Part shown: positions 43,274 through 53,260 of the stretch, in pieces | How the letters are laid out: every line of letters starts with the position of its first letter | Numbering within the stretch: the stretch's first letter is position 1 | IMG/VR virus record: IMGVR_UViG_3300028888_000014 | Location: 1-59,538 of that record | Length of the DNA stretch: 59,538 nt | From: a virus | Strand: one strand, 5' to 3' | The notes under the pieces: generated by a model | Databases searched by the model: none | What the model saw: only the letters and a program-made list of their open reading frames with translations | What the model was told of the DNA's origin: nothing | Translations under genes and position numbers: made by a program

Positions 43274-44161
43274 TCATCCGTCCGTGGTTGTCTCCTGCGT
43301 GTTGTCGTGCGGACCGCGGACCTGTGCGCGATTCTCGTTGGGTTGTTGATGCTTCCCGAAGACGAGCCAGTCCTCGAGTTTCGACCCGACAACGTTATGT
43401 ATCTCTATGGCGCGTGATTTGTTGATTTCATGCACCTTTGCGATCAGTTTGTCTATCTCTTCCACCTTACTTGCCGGTATGATGTCTTCCGGGTGTTTGT
43501 GGAAGTCCTCAAGCGACGGGGCGTTCAGGTACTCGCCCGCGCAGGAGTTCTCCAGCATTTCGCGATACTCTATCCACAGTTTCAACGCGCGGGGGTCCAT
43601 CCGGCTGTTGTCCAGCCAGTAAGCTATGTCGAAGACACTCCCCTCCTCCATCAGGTGTATTGCCGGATTCCTGTCGGTCGGGAACCCGGGTCGCGTGCTG
43701 ACGGCAAACGACACCGTTGCCCTGCTGTAGTCCTCCATCTGGCATGTTATTGCACTGTCGGCTAATAAGTTGTTGAATGTATTGACCAGCTCGTCGAATT
43801 CGTTGTGCAGTCCGAATGTCGCTGTTTTGGATTCGCGGTGGGTCTTCTTCTCTGTCTCTTCCCGCATTGCTGTCACGAATTCTTCTCTGATTGTCGCGAA
43901 GACCTCCCGCGACTCCTTTATGTAATTTCTTATCGCGGCGTTCCCGGCGTTTATCACGAGTTTCGCGGTCTCCGCCAATGCGTCTCCCGCGTGTGTCATG
44001 ATTCTTTCCAGTTTGTCGGATTCCGTGCATGTGTATGCCGCAAACATTTTGACTGTTGGCAGTCTGTGCAGCGGCATGTCGTGGAACATCATCTCCTGTT
44101 TCACTATTCTGTCCAGATCTCCTGAGTCGGGCAATTCCACGCCCTTTGTTTTGTATGTCAT
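43274..44161 (-). CDS. Hypothetical protein (295 aa)
   Basis: ATG start, ordinary composition; last gene of the replication operon. Confidence 0.55.
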   Translation of the reverse strand: MTYKTKGVELPDSGDLDRIVKQEMMFHDMPLHRLPTVKMFAAYTCTESDKLERIMTHAGDALAETAKLVINAGNAAIRNYIKESREVFATIREEFVTAMREETEKKTHRESKTATFGLHNEFDELVNTFNNLLADSAITCQMEDYSRATVSFAVSTRPGFPTDRNPAIHLMEEGSVFDIAYWLDNSRMDPRALKLWIEYREMLENSCAGEYLNAPSLEDFHKHPEDIIPASKVEEIDKLIAKVHEINKSRAIEIHNVVGSKLEDWLVFGKHQQPNENRAQVRGPHDNTQETTTDG

Positions 44162-44248
44162 TTTATTTGATTTTGTTTTATTACTTTCCTTGTTGTTTAA
44201 TCCAACGCGCTGTTTTGCAGCGCGTTGGCTATTTGACTGTCATTTGCC

Positions 44249-44521
44249 TCACGCGTGCGTGCGATTCTCGGATGGTTGATTTTCTTTCCTCAACCCCTCT
44301 ATGCAGCATTCCAGCCAATCCACGGTGTCGCACACTGCCTTGATGGTCCTATCGTGTAGCGGGTACCACTGGATGTGCGTGGCCATGGTCATGTTGCAGA
44401 CGGCCAGCTTGAGTTCGTTGAGCAGCGACCCGGATATGTTGTACGTGATGTCGCCGTCCGTGCCGGGCGCGAAGGCTTCGAGGATTTCCGCCTGTGCGGG
44501 TGTTATCGTCCTGTCGTTCAT
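44249..44521 (-). CDS. Hypothetical protein (90 aa from ATG 44521)
   Basis: ATGA overlap with the upstream stop and GGAGGAAGGAGG upstream. The track N-terminus is a shadow. Confidence 0.45.
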   Translation of the reverse strand: MNDRTITPAQAEILEAFAPGTDGDITYNISGSLLNELKLAVCNMTMATHIQWYPLHDRTIKAVCDTVDWLECCIEGLRKENQPSENRTHA

Positions 44522-45768
44522 AGCAGCCCTCCTTCCTCCGTTATTTCCAGCCCGTTTTTCCTGCATCTCAGGTAGAACTGCAGGCAGTCCACGGCGAAGT
44601 TCGCGTCCCTGTTCCAGTCCTCCTGCGTGTATCTGTCGTCCATCAGTATCCTTCCGAATTGTGTGGACGGCTTGTAGAGAGGGTCGAACCAGTCGCTGAA
44701 TCCGCAGGTCAGCCACACGCCGTCATGCGCGGAAGCGATATGTTCCGGAGGCATGACCGCCGTGACCGCTATCTTCGGTGCATCGTGGTAGTCCAGCGTC
44801 GTTTGCGGACACATCTTCCGCTCAACGGTGATTCCATCCTTGACATATTCGCGGAGGTGGTGGGTAGCGTTCGCAGGGATCAGGTCGTCGAAGATCACCA
44901 TCCCCGTGTCCCTGCTCACGCCATCGAACAGGAACCTCCTGTTGTGCATTCCCGGATACCTCCCGTATATCGGGAACGTGTTGCGGAATAGCGACACCCA
45001 CCGTGCAACGAAGGTTTTCCCGGTTGGCATATTCGAGTCCGGCTGGGCGTTGTGGAACCAGACCCCGGCTTTGAACTCGTCCTTGTAGGAGTGCAGCAGG
45101 TAGCCGATGGCGAAGAGTTTTGCGGCGAGGCTCTTCGATTCGCTTTCCGTCAGTTCCGCAGTCGCGTCCCTGTTGCTGCGGGGCTCCATTGATGCCATGG
45201 CCAGGAGCCGGAACACGGGGCTGCTGTCGCCGTGCGGGTCCATGACGCGCAGCACATCCTGCGCTGTGAACAAATAGGGCATGCGCGTGAACGCGCACGG
45301 GAACACCTTCACTGTCCTGTCCGGCAGTTCCTGGGTCCGTTCCACGCCGTCGGCGGTGACCCTGAAGTAGCCGTTGCGGAAGGCCAGCGTCTGCGCGTCC
45401 GGCTCAGGCTGCGACGGCACGTGTTTCTCCTTCAGCTCGTTGTCCGACTCCACCTCCACCGTGCCTGTCCATTGCGGGTCTATGTGTTCGCGGTAGAGGC
45501 GTTTCAGCGTGTCGCGGAACCCAAGGCCGTTCATCCTCATCTCCAGTCCCACGGGCGACATGGTGTGCGCTGCCATGCCGTAGTCTATGATGTGCCACAC
45601 CCCGTCTATCTGTATGAGGTGGCACGACGGGGTTCTCTGCCCCTTGTAGGCCCTGAAGAACGCCCCGACGCGGTCGCATCCAACGGCCTCGGGGATGTGG
45701 CCGGTTATGATTTTCATGCCGTTGTCCGTGGCCTTGTAGATGGCCGTGAGCATTTCGGTGTCTTTCAT
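44518..45768 (-). CDS. Primase-helicase paralog lacking TOPRIM (416 aa), degenerate P-loop
   Basis: The N-terminal 100 aa and the C-terminal NTPase region align by eye with the 951-aa protein (KLFAIGYLLHSYK ... MPTGKTF ... VIFDDL ... NFAVDCLQFYL). Confidence 0.6.
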   Translation of the reverse strand: MKDTEMLTAIYKATDNGMKIITGHIPEAVGCDRVGAFFRAYKGQRTPSCHLIQIDGVWHIIDYGMAAHTMSPVGLEMRMNGLGFRDTLKRLYREHIDPQWTGTVEVESDNELKEKHVPSQPEPDAQTLAFRNGYFRVTADGVERTQELPDRTVKVFPCAFTRMPYLFTAQDVLRVMDPHGDSSPVFRLLAMASMEPRSNRDATAELTESESKSLAAKLFAIGYLLHSYKDEFKAGVWFHNAQPDSNMPTGKTFVARWVSLFRNTFPIYGRYPGMHNRRFLFDGVSRDTGMVIFDDLIPANATHHLREYVKDGITVERKMCPQTTLDYHDAPKIAVTAVMPPEHIASAHDGVWLTCGFSDWFDPLYKPSTQFGRILMDDRYTQEDWNRDANFAVDCLQFYLRCRKNGLEITEEGGLL

Positions 45769-46103
45769 CTCGCCCCTCCTTCCTCCACGTCCGCCGCGAA
45801 GCGGATGTCCTCGCTGAGCACCTGCAGGCGGGCCACCTGCCCGAGCACGCGCATGTTCAGGATGAACCCTTCCGGGAAGAAGTTCCCCGCCGTGGCCACC
45901 GCCACTATGAGGTTGTTCCAGCAGAGCGCCCAGTGCTGGGCGTCGACTTTGTCGAAGCGGTACCGGTTGTTGAACCGGTCGCCGACCACCAGGAACGGCT
46001 CCCCGCGCTGCACGCGCTCCATGGGTTTTGTCTTCTTCACCAGCCGCATGATCCCCGCGGCCGGCGCGTTGTTCGTCTCTTTGTTTTTTTTGAGGTTGAA
46101 CAT
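45765..46103 (-). CDS. Hypothetical protein (112 aa from ATG 46103)
   Basis: The track start at 46259 is GTG. The first plausible ATG gives MFNLKKNKE. ATGA overlap with the downstream gene. Confidence 0.4.
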   Translation of the reverse strand: MFNLKKNKETNNAPAAGIMRLVKKTKPMERVQRGEPFLVVGDRFNNRYRFDKVDAQHWALCWNNLIVAVATAGNFFPEGFILNMRVLGQVARLQVLSEDIRFAADVEEGGAR

Positions 46104-46284
46104 AATTTTGTGTTTTTTTTGTGGCATAAATGCAGAAAGCCCGCTGCAGGAGTGTTCAACCTCCAAGCGCGTGCTTGATTGTTGGCTTTGTTTCCTCGGC
46201 CTGCTCCATACGGGCTTTCTGTTATACCGTGACAAATAAATTTTCTGTTTTATCTGCACACTTTATTATTGAAGGTTGAACGCT

Positions 46285-46292
46285 GCAAAAAT
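46285..46292 (-). promoter_or_regulatory. -7 promoter box (TATTTTTG), internal to the replication operon
   Basis: The reverse complement of caaaaata, in the 46104-46379 intergenic gap. Confidence 0.35.
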
Positions 46293-46379
46293 ACACTTTT
46301 TCTTTTCCGGTGTTATTCCCCTGGGGAATATTTTTTTTCAACAGGGCGGTGTTCACGGCTGCGGGTGTCCCGGCGGCCC

Positions 46380-49235
46380 TCAGATGCTGTTGTCTATGTC
46401 GTCGTTGATGGGCGTTCCGTGTGTCTTGATGTAGATGAACTCCTTGGTGTCGCCGTACATGGTCCTGATCAGCCTGCCCTTGTACCATCCCTTGCATTCC
46501 TCGGGGTTGAGCGCCTCGATGTGCTCGGCGTTGGCGCAGAAGGCCCTCAGGCGCTTGGTGAACCCCTTCATGGTCATCTTGCCCTTGGGGTCGTAGTCCT
46601 CCTTGACGGCGGACTTCGTCAGCAGCCTGTCGAGATGTATCTGGTTGCCGGGGGCGAAGTAGGCCTCGGCCCACTCCTTGAAGTCCTCGCCCATGGTCTG
46701 GTTGCGCATCCTGCGGTCCACGTTCTCCATGGGGGGCTGCAGCATGATGTTGCGCTTCGAGCACTGGAGGTAGAACTGCAGGCAGTCGGCCGCGAAGTTG
46801 AAGTCTTCGTTCCACCACTCCTCCTTGTATGCGGCGTTGTACAGTTCGTAGCCGAAGTCGTCTGCTATGCGCACGGTTTCCTCGTAGTCGTTTTCGGCGG
46901 TTGCCTGGTGGTACCAGTCGCTGAACACGCAGTTCAGCAGTCGGCGCGCCGTGGATCCGTCGCCCGCCGGCGGCGGGAAGTTGGAGGTGAACACGATCTT
47001 GGGCGAGAGCGCGAAGGGTATCTCCTTGGAGCGCGCGTTCTTGTAGTTGACCACCATGTTGTCGGTGATCATGCTGTAGAAGTAGTTGAAGTTGAAGTAT
47101 TTCACAGCGTCGTCGATGAGCAGCAGGTCGGTGCGTTCGGTCACGCGGTCCATGAAGAAGTTGTTCTCGGTGAGTTTCTTGTCCCGGCCGTTTACGGTCT
47201 CGGTGTTCTTGAAGTTCTTCAGGAACCGTATCATGAAGGTCTTTCCGGAGCCGCCGCCGCTCTCGTCCTCCTCGGTGATCTTGTTCTCCATCACCCAGAG
47301 CCCCCACGCCTTGGCCAGGCTCTTGTAGGAGTGCATCATGTAGCCCACGGCGAACAGCTTGTTGACCAGGTGTCGCTGCTGCTCCATCTGCTCCTCCTCC
47401 GTCAGGCGCGGGCCTGCTATGTCCCAGTGGTGCTCCTTGCGGTATGCCTCCTCTTTGGCCGGCTCCCTGGAGGCCCTGTCTTCGAGCTCCTCTCGCCAGT
47501 AGATGCGGCTGGCGTTGATCAGGAACCGGAAGTAGTGGCTGCGGATGTGGTTGGTCTTGATGGAGAACGAGCCGGGGTTGGTCTCCCAGTCGGCTGTGAA
47601 TGCGGGCTCTATGCGCTTGAAGTCGTGCGGGCACACGGTCTTCTCCATGGCGTACACCCCGTTCTGCGGTCCCGTGCTCTCCTCTATGGAGTCCGCCTTC
47701 ACTTTCACCACCCTGTTGCGGAAGAAGATGGTCTGGCTGTTTTCGTCGAAGCTGGTGAAGTCAGGGTTCACGCTCTCGATTTTTTCGAACACGCCGTTCC
47801 CGATGCGCGTGGAGTTGAGTATGAGGTTCTGGATTCCCACGTTGAGTTTGCGTTTTTCCGCCCACTCGATGATGAAGTCCTGGATGTTGCGCGTGCTGAT
47901 CAGTTTCACCTTGAAGCCGTCGATGTGCACGTAGGTGACCACGTCGTTGTCGGGGTCCACTATCTTTCCGAATCCGTGCACCTTGAGGAAGTAGAGCAGG
48001 TACAGGGTGTTGATTTCGTAGCGGATCTTCTTGCCGTCGTTCACTTTCTCCCAGAAGCGGCACGGCTTGGCCACCTCCAGCATCTCCTTGAACTTGCGTA
48101 TGGTCTTCTCCTTCTCTCTCTTGAACCGCTCTTTCCTGGTCTCCTCGCTCTCCCCCGGCCTCGATGTGCTGATCTGCGTGTCCACCCAGTCGCGCATGTC
48201 CTTGCGGGGCTTGCCTCGGTTGTCCATGTATCCGGTCAGCTCCCGGGGGAGCTCTATGGTGCGGATGTCGATGTATTTCTTTGCCAGTTCGGCGGCCGCC
48301 TTCGCGCCCGTGTTGTCCATGTCGGGCAGATTGTAGAGGATGTCCACGCGTTTCATGATCTCGGCGTAGGCGGCGGGGTCCAGGTCGGCGGTCTCGCTGT
48401 TGAGCCACAGCGGCAGGTAGCCGAGGCCTGCGGTGTTGAGCGCGTCGCGTTCGCCTGAGCAGAGTACGGCTTCCGGCAGTTTCTTGGACTTCTTCTTCCT
48501 TGTCTCGCCGGCATCCCCGGCGGCTTCGTCCAGCTCCTGGTCGTCGCCCTGCTGCTTCAGCCATTTTTCGTGCGCCTTCTTCAGCTCGTCGAGGCCGTTG
48601 ATGTAGTCCGCCGCTTTCTTCCCCAGGTAGCGGAACCGGTACGCTTTGTCAGCTGCCAGGGGCTGGTATATTTTTTTGAACTCTCCGCAGTCGTGCATGA
48701 ATATAGGGTAGTCGTCGTTGGCGGTCACCGTCACGGTCTTCCTGTCCTTGGTGAATCGGTACCATTCCAGGGCGAAGTAGCTGTATTTGTCGCACACCTC
48801 CTGTGTCACGAGGGGGCCGAGCAGTTCCAGCTCGTCCTCTGTCATTTTCTCCTTCACCTTCACCTCGTACCATCCCTCCTTCTGCTCCGGCGTGGCGTCG
48901 GTCTTCTCCACCTTCGCCCTGTTGACGGCGGCGTTGATGGTCGGGCTCACCCCGTAGCGCTGTGCGAGGGTCAGGAGCGCCTCGCGGAACTCCTTCCCCT
49001 CCTCTTTCATGCACACGTTCACGGGCTGCAGCGCCTTGCCCGTGTCGCCGAAGTCCGTCACTCGCCACACTCCGTGGATCATCACCACGCTGGCTGATGC
49101 TGTCCTCTCCGGGCGTATCTTGAATGTCTTCCTGAGGTTCCCGTCCGGCCCTTTTGCCTGCGGGTAGTAGTACAGGATGATGTCCAGACCGTTGTCCGTG
49201 GCGTCGTATATCTTCTTTAGCAGGTCTTCTTTCAT
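46380..49235 (-). CDS. DNA primase-helicase (N-terminal primase-like domain, TOPRIM, SF3/P4-type P-loop NTPase; 951 aa)
   Basis: TOPRIM signature CSGERDAL ... LPDMDNTG, Walker A GGGSGKT and Walker B LLLIDDA. Confidence 0.8.
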   Translation of the reverse strand: MKEDLLKKIYDATDNGLDIILYYYPQAKGPDGNLRKTFKIRPERTASASVVMIHGVWRVTDFGDTGKALQPVNVCMKEEGKEFREALLTLAQRYGVSPTINAAVNRAKVEKTDATPEQKEGWYEVKVKEKMTEDELELLGPLVTQEVCDKYSYFALEWYRFTKDRKTVTVTANDDYPIFMHDCGEFKKIYQPLAADKAYRFRYLGKKAADYINGLDELKKAHEKWLKQQGDDQELDEAAGDAGETRKKKSKKLPEAVLCSGERDALNTAGLGYLPLWLNSETADLDPAAYAEIMKRVDILYNLPDMDNTGAKAAAELAKKYIDIRTIELPRELTGYMDNRGKPRKDMRDWVDTQISTSRPGESEETRKERFKREKEKTIRKFKEMLEVAKPCRFWEKVNDGKKIRYEINTLYLLYFLKVHGFGKIVDPDNDVVTYVHIDGFKVKLISTRNIQDFIIEWAEKRKLNVGIQNLILNSTRIGNGVFEKIESVNPDFTSFDENSQTIFFRNRVVKVKADSIEESTGPQNGVYAMEKTVCPHDFKRIEPAFTADWETNPGSFSIKTNHIRSHYFRFLINASRIYWREELEDRASREPAKEEAYRKEHHWDIAGPRLTEEEQMEQQRHLVNKLFAVGYMMHSYKSLAKAWGLWVMENKITEEDESGGGSGKTFMIRFLKNFKNTETVNGRDKKLTENNFFMDRVTERTDLLLIDDAVKYFNFNYFYSMITDNMVVNYKNARSKEIPFALSPKIVFTSNFPPPAGDGSTARRLLNCVFSDWYHQATAENDYEETVRIADDFGYELYNAAYKEEWWNEDFNFAADCLQFYLQCSKRNIMLQPPMENVDRRMRNQTMGEDFKEWAEAYFAPGNQIHLDRLLTKSAVKEDYDPKGKMTMKGFTKRLRAFCANAEHIEALNPEECKGWYKGRLIRTMYGDTKEFIYIKTHGTPINDDIDNSI

Positions 49236-49250
49236 GGCATCTCGCGTGCT

Positions 49251-49784
49251 TTAGTATTCGAACCCCATGTTTTTCGGCGGCAGCCAGCCGGTCATCTGCG
49301 CCTGGTAAGGCTCTGCAGGGGCCGACGGCACCTGCGGTTCCTGGTTTACTGGTGCCGTCGCCTGCGCGGGGGGTGCGGGGGGATAGCCCGACGGCGGGGT
49401 CTGCGGCTGCGGGTACTGCGGTGCCGCCGGCTGACCGGGCATGTACTGCGGTGCCGCCGGCTGACCGGGCATGTACTGCGGCTGCATGCTCTGCCTGGTG
49501 ATCAACGCCAGTCCGTAGCATCTCAGTTCTGTGTCGTATCTTTTCCGGCCGTTTTTGTCAATATAGTTACTGCTCTCGGCATTAAACTTCACCTCCACGG
49601 TGGCTCCCTTTGGCACCGCCTTCACTTGCTCCACCGAGCGGCCGAAAGCGCAGAAAGCCACTCTGCGCGAGCGCTCGCCCTCGTTGGTGATGATCTCGAA
49701 ATAGGTTTTCTGCCAGCTGTTGCCGGCCATTGACACCCCGGTCTGCACGGGGTCCATTCCTTGGAATATGCCTTCGATTTTCAT
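49251..49784 (-). CDS. DUF3127-type OB-fold SSB-like protein with a P/Q-rich tail (177 aa)
   Basis: The N-terminus MKIEGIF..PVQTGVSMAGNSWQKTYFEIIT ... VAFCAFG resembles the Bacteroidota DUF3127 family. The tail has QYMPGQPAAP x2. Confidence 0.5.
   Translation of the reverse strand: MKIEGIFQGMDPVQTGVSMAGNSWQKTYFEIITNEGERSRRVAFCAFGRSVEQVKAVPKGATVEVKFNAESSNYIDKNGRKRYDTELRCYGLALITRQSMQPQYMPGQPAAPQYMPGQPAAPQYPQPQTPPSGYPPAPPAQATAPVNQEPQVPSAPAEPYQAQMTGWLPPKNMGFEY
49423..49495. repeat. 30-bp tandem repeat, about 2.4 copies, in frame in the SSB-like tail
   Basis: gtactgcggtgccgccggctgaccgggcat repeated, starting at 49423, 49453 and 49483. Confidence 0.8.
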
Positions 49785-49866
49785 GTCTTTCTTATTTTTT
49801 TAATTGTTTGACTTTTAATAATTTGACACACTGGCCACACTTGTGGCCGCAAACAGGGTCGCGAAG

Positions 49867-50085
49867 TTAGGTTTTCTCCGGATTCGGGATGTCCTGCACG
49901 GTGTAGTACCCGTCCTTGCCGTCCCCCCTGAACTCGGGGCTGCAGGCGGCTCTGCGGCAGTCCTCGATGGTCTCGCGAAGGATGCAGTGCCGGCACGTTT
50001 TGATGGGGCTCCAGTCCTTCGGCGACTCCTTGAACACGGTCGTGCCCCATGTTTCCGATACATACACGTCCTGGTCCCCTTTCAT
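49867..50085 (-). CDS. Hypothetical Cys-containing small protein (72 aa)
   Basis: ATG start; ATGA overlap with the upstream gene. Confidence 0.45.
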   Translation of the reverse strand: MKGDQDVYVSETWGTTVFKESPKDWSPIKTCRHCILRETIEDCRRAACSPEFRGDGKDGYYTVQDIPNPEKT

Positions 50086-50795
50086 CTTCCGCCCCCTTTC
50101 TCCAGCTGCCTCAGCACTTCCGCGCGCCTGATGTTCTGCGACATCCTGAGGCTGGCCATGATGTCCTCCCTCTCGTCGTCGCTCAGTTTCTGTTCTTCGG
50201 TCGAATCCAGAAGCAGGTCGTTGCGGTGCAGGTAGGCGTAGAAGAACCTGTCCATGTTCTTCCTGAAGTCATCTTTGTACATCATGTATTTTGCCATCCC
50301 TTCCGCAAACACGCTCTTTTTCGTGAATACTATCACATTGAATTTTTCGCCATCCCTTAGCAGGAATTTCCAGTCGCGTTCCGCATCCCGCTGCATTTTT
50401 TCCGGCCAGTCCGGTAAGTACGCCAGCCTTATGTGCCTGCCTCCTGTCAGTGCCATTGTCTGGACAAACAGTTTGTAGTGCATTCTGTCCGGCACCTCCA
50501 GGCAGAACGGTTCGTCTTCTTCCATCCCGAGGTCTTCCTCGCTGATGCCGTGCCGGCGCATGATGTCCTCGATCAGGGCGGCGGCGTTCGTCCGCTCGCC
50601 CTCCTCTCCGTTTTCGCGCATCTTCTTCAGCTTGTTCAGCCGCTCGATGATTCTCTCTTTGTTCGTCATTGCTCGTTGTTTTAGCATGATTTTCTCTTCG
50701 TCGGGACGTAGTTGTCGCAGCAATGGTGCATTTGCTTCACCTGGAGTATCGGTTTGCTGCAGCGTAATTTGTTCGGGTTCTCGCACGTCTTGCAT
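50082..50795 (-). CDS. Hypothetical protein (237 aa; start uncertain, alternative ATG at 50687)
   Basis: The segment ERIIERLNKLKKMRENGEEGERTNAAALIEDIMRRHGI resembles a DUF2786-like helical N-terminus. Confidence 0.45.
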   Translation of the reverse strand: MQDVREPEQITLQQTDTPGEANAPLLRQLRPDEEKIMLKQRAMTNKERIIERLNKLKKMRENGEEGERTNAAALIEDIMRRHGISEEDLGMEEDEPFCLEVPDRMHYKLFVQTMALTGGRHIRLAYLPDWPEKMQRDAERDWKFLLRDGEKFNVIVFTKKSVFAEGMAKYMMYKDDFRKNMDRFFYAYLHRNDLLLDSTEEQKLSDDEREDIMASLRMSQNIRRAEVLRQLEKGGGR

Positions 50796-50953
50796 CTTCT
50801 TCCGCGCAGCTGCCAGAAGCTCGGGTGCTTTGCTTTTATAATTCCGAACAGTCGGTCGAGGAATGTTCCTATCCCTCTTTTTCTCTTGTTCTTTCTGTCG
50901 TTCCTTGTTCTGATTCTAAGTTTCATACTATATCTTTTTTGGGTTTGACAATA

Positions 50954-51820
50954 TTACATGAAATAGAACTTGATCCACAGTTCCGAGAAGCTCTTCGCGG
51001 CGTGTTTCGCGAGCTCGCTTGTTTTGAAGCAGAGGCGGGATCCGACATTCACGGGCGTGAACGTGGGAGCGTATTTCAAGTCCGCATGAGCTACACTGTA
51101 AGTCGCGCCGTAGTACGCACTACCGCCGGACAGGACGCACCGCACAGCTTCGGGGATTTCCATCACGATTTCATCTTCATCTTTGCATTGTTCCGCGTCC
51201 TCCAGTGTTTTGTACGAGTATATGAGGATGACGTAGTATTTTTCGTCATCGTTGTACTCCGGGTGCCATCCTTCGTTTATGGCTTCCGTCACCATGCGCA
51301 GTTGCATGAAGGTGGCCAGGTAGTCGTCGCGCTGTCCTGGTTCTGTTGTCTCCATGTAGTGTCGGTACTGCGCCACCAGCGGGTGGTCGGGTCCGAGTTC
51401 TGCCAGCACGTCGTTCATGTTGCGGATGCGCTCGGTGACGGGTCGGCCGTCTTTCTCCCGTTTCTCCGGCCAGTCGATTGTACTCTCTGTTGTGCTTTGC
51501 CGTTGTATTCCCTCTCCGGTTTCCTTCTCTCGCTTTTCTTCCCGCGTTTTGTCCACTCTGTCGAGAAAGTCTTCTGCATATCTCACCGACATTTCCGCGA
51601 TTTGCTTAGAGTCTGGAATGATTTCTCTCCTCATCAATTCCTTGAACACGTACTCTGCCAGCTCATCCCGCTTCTGTTCTTTTGTTTTCGCAGGCTGCCA
51701 GCCAAAATGTCCGCATTCCGGACATTCGAATCTTATTTCTTTCGACGGTTTCATTTCCGTCCCGCAGTTTTTGCACTTCATTTTTTTTTCGATCCTTTCT
51801 TTTTTGTTATTCCACTTCAT
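50954..51820 (-). CDS. Zinc-ribbon protein (288 aa from ATG 51820)
   Basis: N-terminal CKNCG ... CPECG motif. The track start at 51826 is TTG. Confidence 0.5.
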   Translation of the reverse strand: MKWNNKKERIEKKMKCKNCGTEMKPSKEIRFECPECGHFGWQPAKTKEQKRDELAEYVFKELMRREIIPDSKQIAEMSVRYAEDFLDRVDKTREEKREKETGEGIQRQSTTESTIDWPEKREKDGRPVTERIRNMNDVLAELGPDHPLVAQYRHYMETTEPGQRDDYLATFMQLRMVTEAINEGWHPEYNDDEKYYVILIYSYKTLEDAEQCKDEDEIVMEIPEAVRCVLSGGSAYYGATYSVAHADLKYAPTFTPVNVGSRLCFKTSELAKHAAKSFSELWIKFYFM

Positions 51821-52634
51821 CTTCAAGCACCAGTCCTCCCTTCAGGACATGATCGATGGTTGCGATGTTCATTTTCATCATCTGATCGAACGAGGGTCTC
51901 ACCCAGTTTCTCACCAGTTCTTGTCTTTTTATTACATTGTCTTCAACCGTTTTCACGTGCCTCATCATCCAGCCGCATCGCTCACAGGGGATGATGTAAG
52001 GTGTGACTCCTTTGTCTTTATATCGGGTGAAAATGCTTGTTTGGCATTTGTCGCAGTGATAGATGTCTATACCCTTGCCCCGGCCGTCATAGATCCGGGA
52101 GTTTTCTATTTCCGATACAATCTTTTCGTATTCTTTTTTCAGTTCCTCTTTTCCCATCCGGGAGATGTCTTTTGGTTCTTTCATGTTTTTTTCTTTTTGG
52201 GTTTTTTCTACTTTTGATTCGGTATCTTCTTTCACAATCAGCAATCTTCGATTTTTTCTCAGCTTCTCAATCCAGGCAAGACTCCTCTTTTTCCTTGGAT
52301 TGTGAGGGTTTGCCGTGGCAAATATAACCCTCACGTGTTTCCTCATCATTTTGTTTGTTTTTTTGAGCTTCCGGTATTCCTTCCGGCTCTTGCAGCCGTT
52401 CAGCGCCCAAACCAGCCTCGTTCTCGTTCTCTTTCCCATCCTGACTGTGAGTGTCGCCGTGTATGTTTTGGGTTCTACTTGCTCATCGTCCTTTTCACCT
52501 GCCGGCCATTCTAATGCTCCGGCTTTTGCGTTTATCTTGTAGGTCTTTCCCTCCCGGTCGGTGATGAAGACGGCGGTCGTGTTCGGTATTTTTTCTTCCT
52601 CTTCCATATTGATTGATCTTTCGTTTTCCGTCAT
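51807..52634 (-). CDS. Zinc-binding hypothetical protein (275 aa)
   Basis: C-terminal CDKC ... CERC four-Cys motif. Confidence 0.5.
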   Translation of the reverse strand: MTENERSINMEEEEKIPNTTAVFITDREGKTYKINAKAGALEWPAGEKDDEQVEPKTYTATLTVRMGKRTRTRLVWALNGCKSRKEYRKLKKTNKMMRKHVRVIFATANPHNPRKKRSLAWIEKLRKNRRLLIVKEDTESKVEKTQKEKNMKEPKDISRMGKEELKKEYEKIVSEIENSRIYDGRGKGIDIYHCDKCQTSIFTRYKDKGVTPYIIPCERCGWMMRHVKTVEDNVIKRQELVRNWVRPSFDQMMKMNIATIDHVLKGGLVLEDEVE

Positions 52635-53260
52635 TAAGCTCTGCTCTCTTCCGTGTGCGTGAATGTCTCCAGCACTGCGCTGCAGAGCCTGTCGAACAGG
52701 GTGGAGAAGGCTTTCGATGCATCGTCCATTTCAGGGAGCCTGCCTTCGTTAAGCAGCCAGCAGCCGATTCTCTCGTCAATCCATCCCAGTCTCTCGTGCA
52801 CGGGGTCGTACTTGTGTACTTTGCCGGTCAGCCACTCGTGGATGCGGGCCGCGCTGTCGGTGAGCCCTCCGGCCACGGCGATGTGTTCCGCCCGTTGGAT
52901 GTGCTGGTATCCCACCTTCTGCAGCAGCGCGTTCCTTATCTCCTTGTGGAGCGCATGTCTCTGCTGGTCGCATTTATCTACGGCGACCAGCATTTTCTCT
53001 TCGTACAGCTCCGCCCGGTCGTGCGGCCACACCCGCCTTATCTCCCGGACGCGCCTGTCGATGAAGTCGAGGATTTCGGCCAGGTTCAGCATCGCCAGCC
53101 CCGAGGACTGCACCTCCTTGAGGTTGCGCAGGAACCTGATCTCGTCGCGCAGGAAGCGCACGGCGGCGTCTTCGAGGATGACCAGCAGGTCGCGCTGGTT
53201 GTTGTCCAGGTTCTTTTTCCCGCTTACCGATGTTATGGGGATCGTCACGTGCCTTTTCAT
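52634..53260 (-). CDS. Hypothetical protein (208 aa)
   Basis: ATG preceded by GGAAGGAGG; higher GC than its neighbours. Confidence 0.5.
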   Translation of the reverse strand: MKRHVTIPITSVSGKKNLDNNQRDLLVILEDAAVRFLRDEIRFLRNLKEVQSSGLAMLNLAEILDFIDRRVREIRRVWPHDRAELYEEKMLVAVDKCDQQRHALHKEIRNALLQKVGYQHIQRAEHIAVAGGLTDSAARIHEWLTGKVHKYDPVHERLGWIDERIGCWLLNEGRLPEMDDASKAFSTLFDRLCSAVLETFTHTEESRA

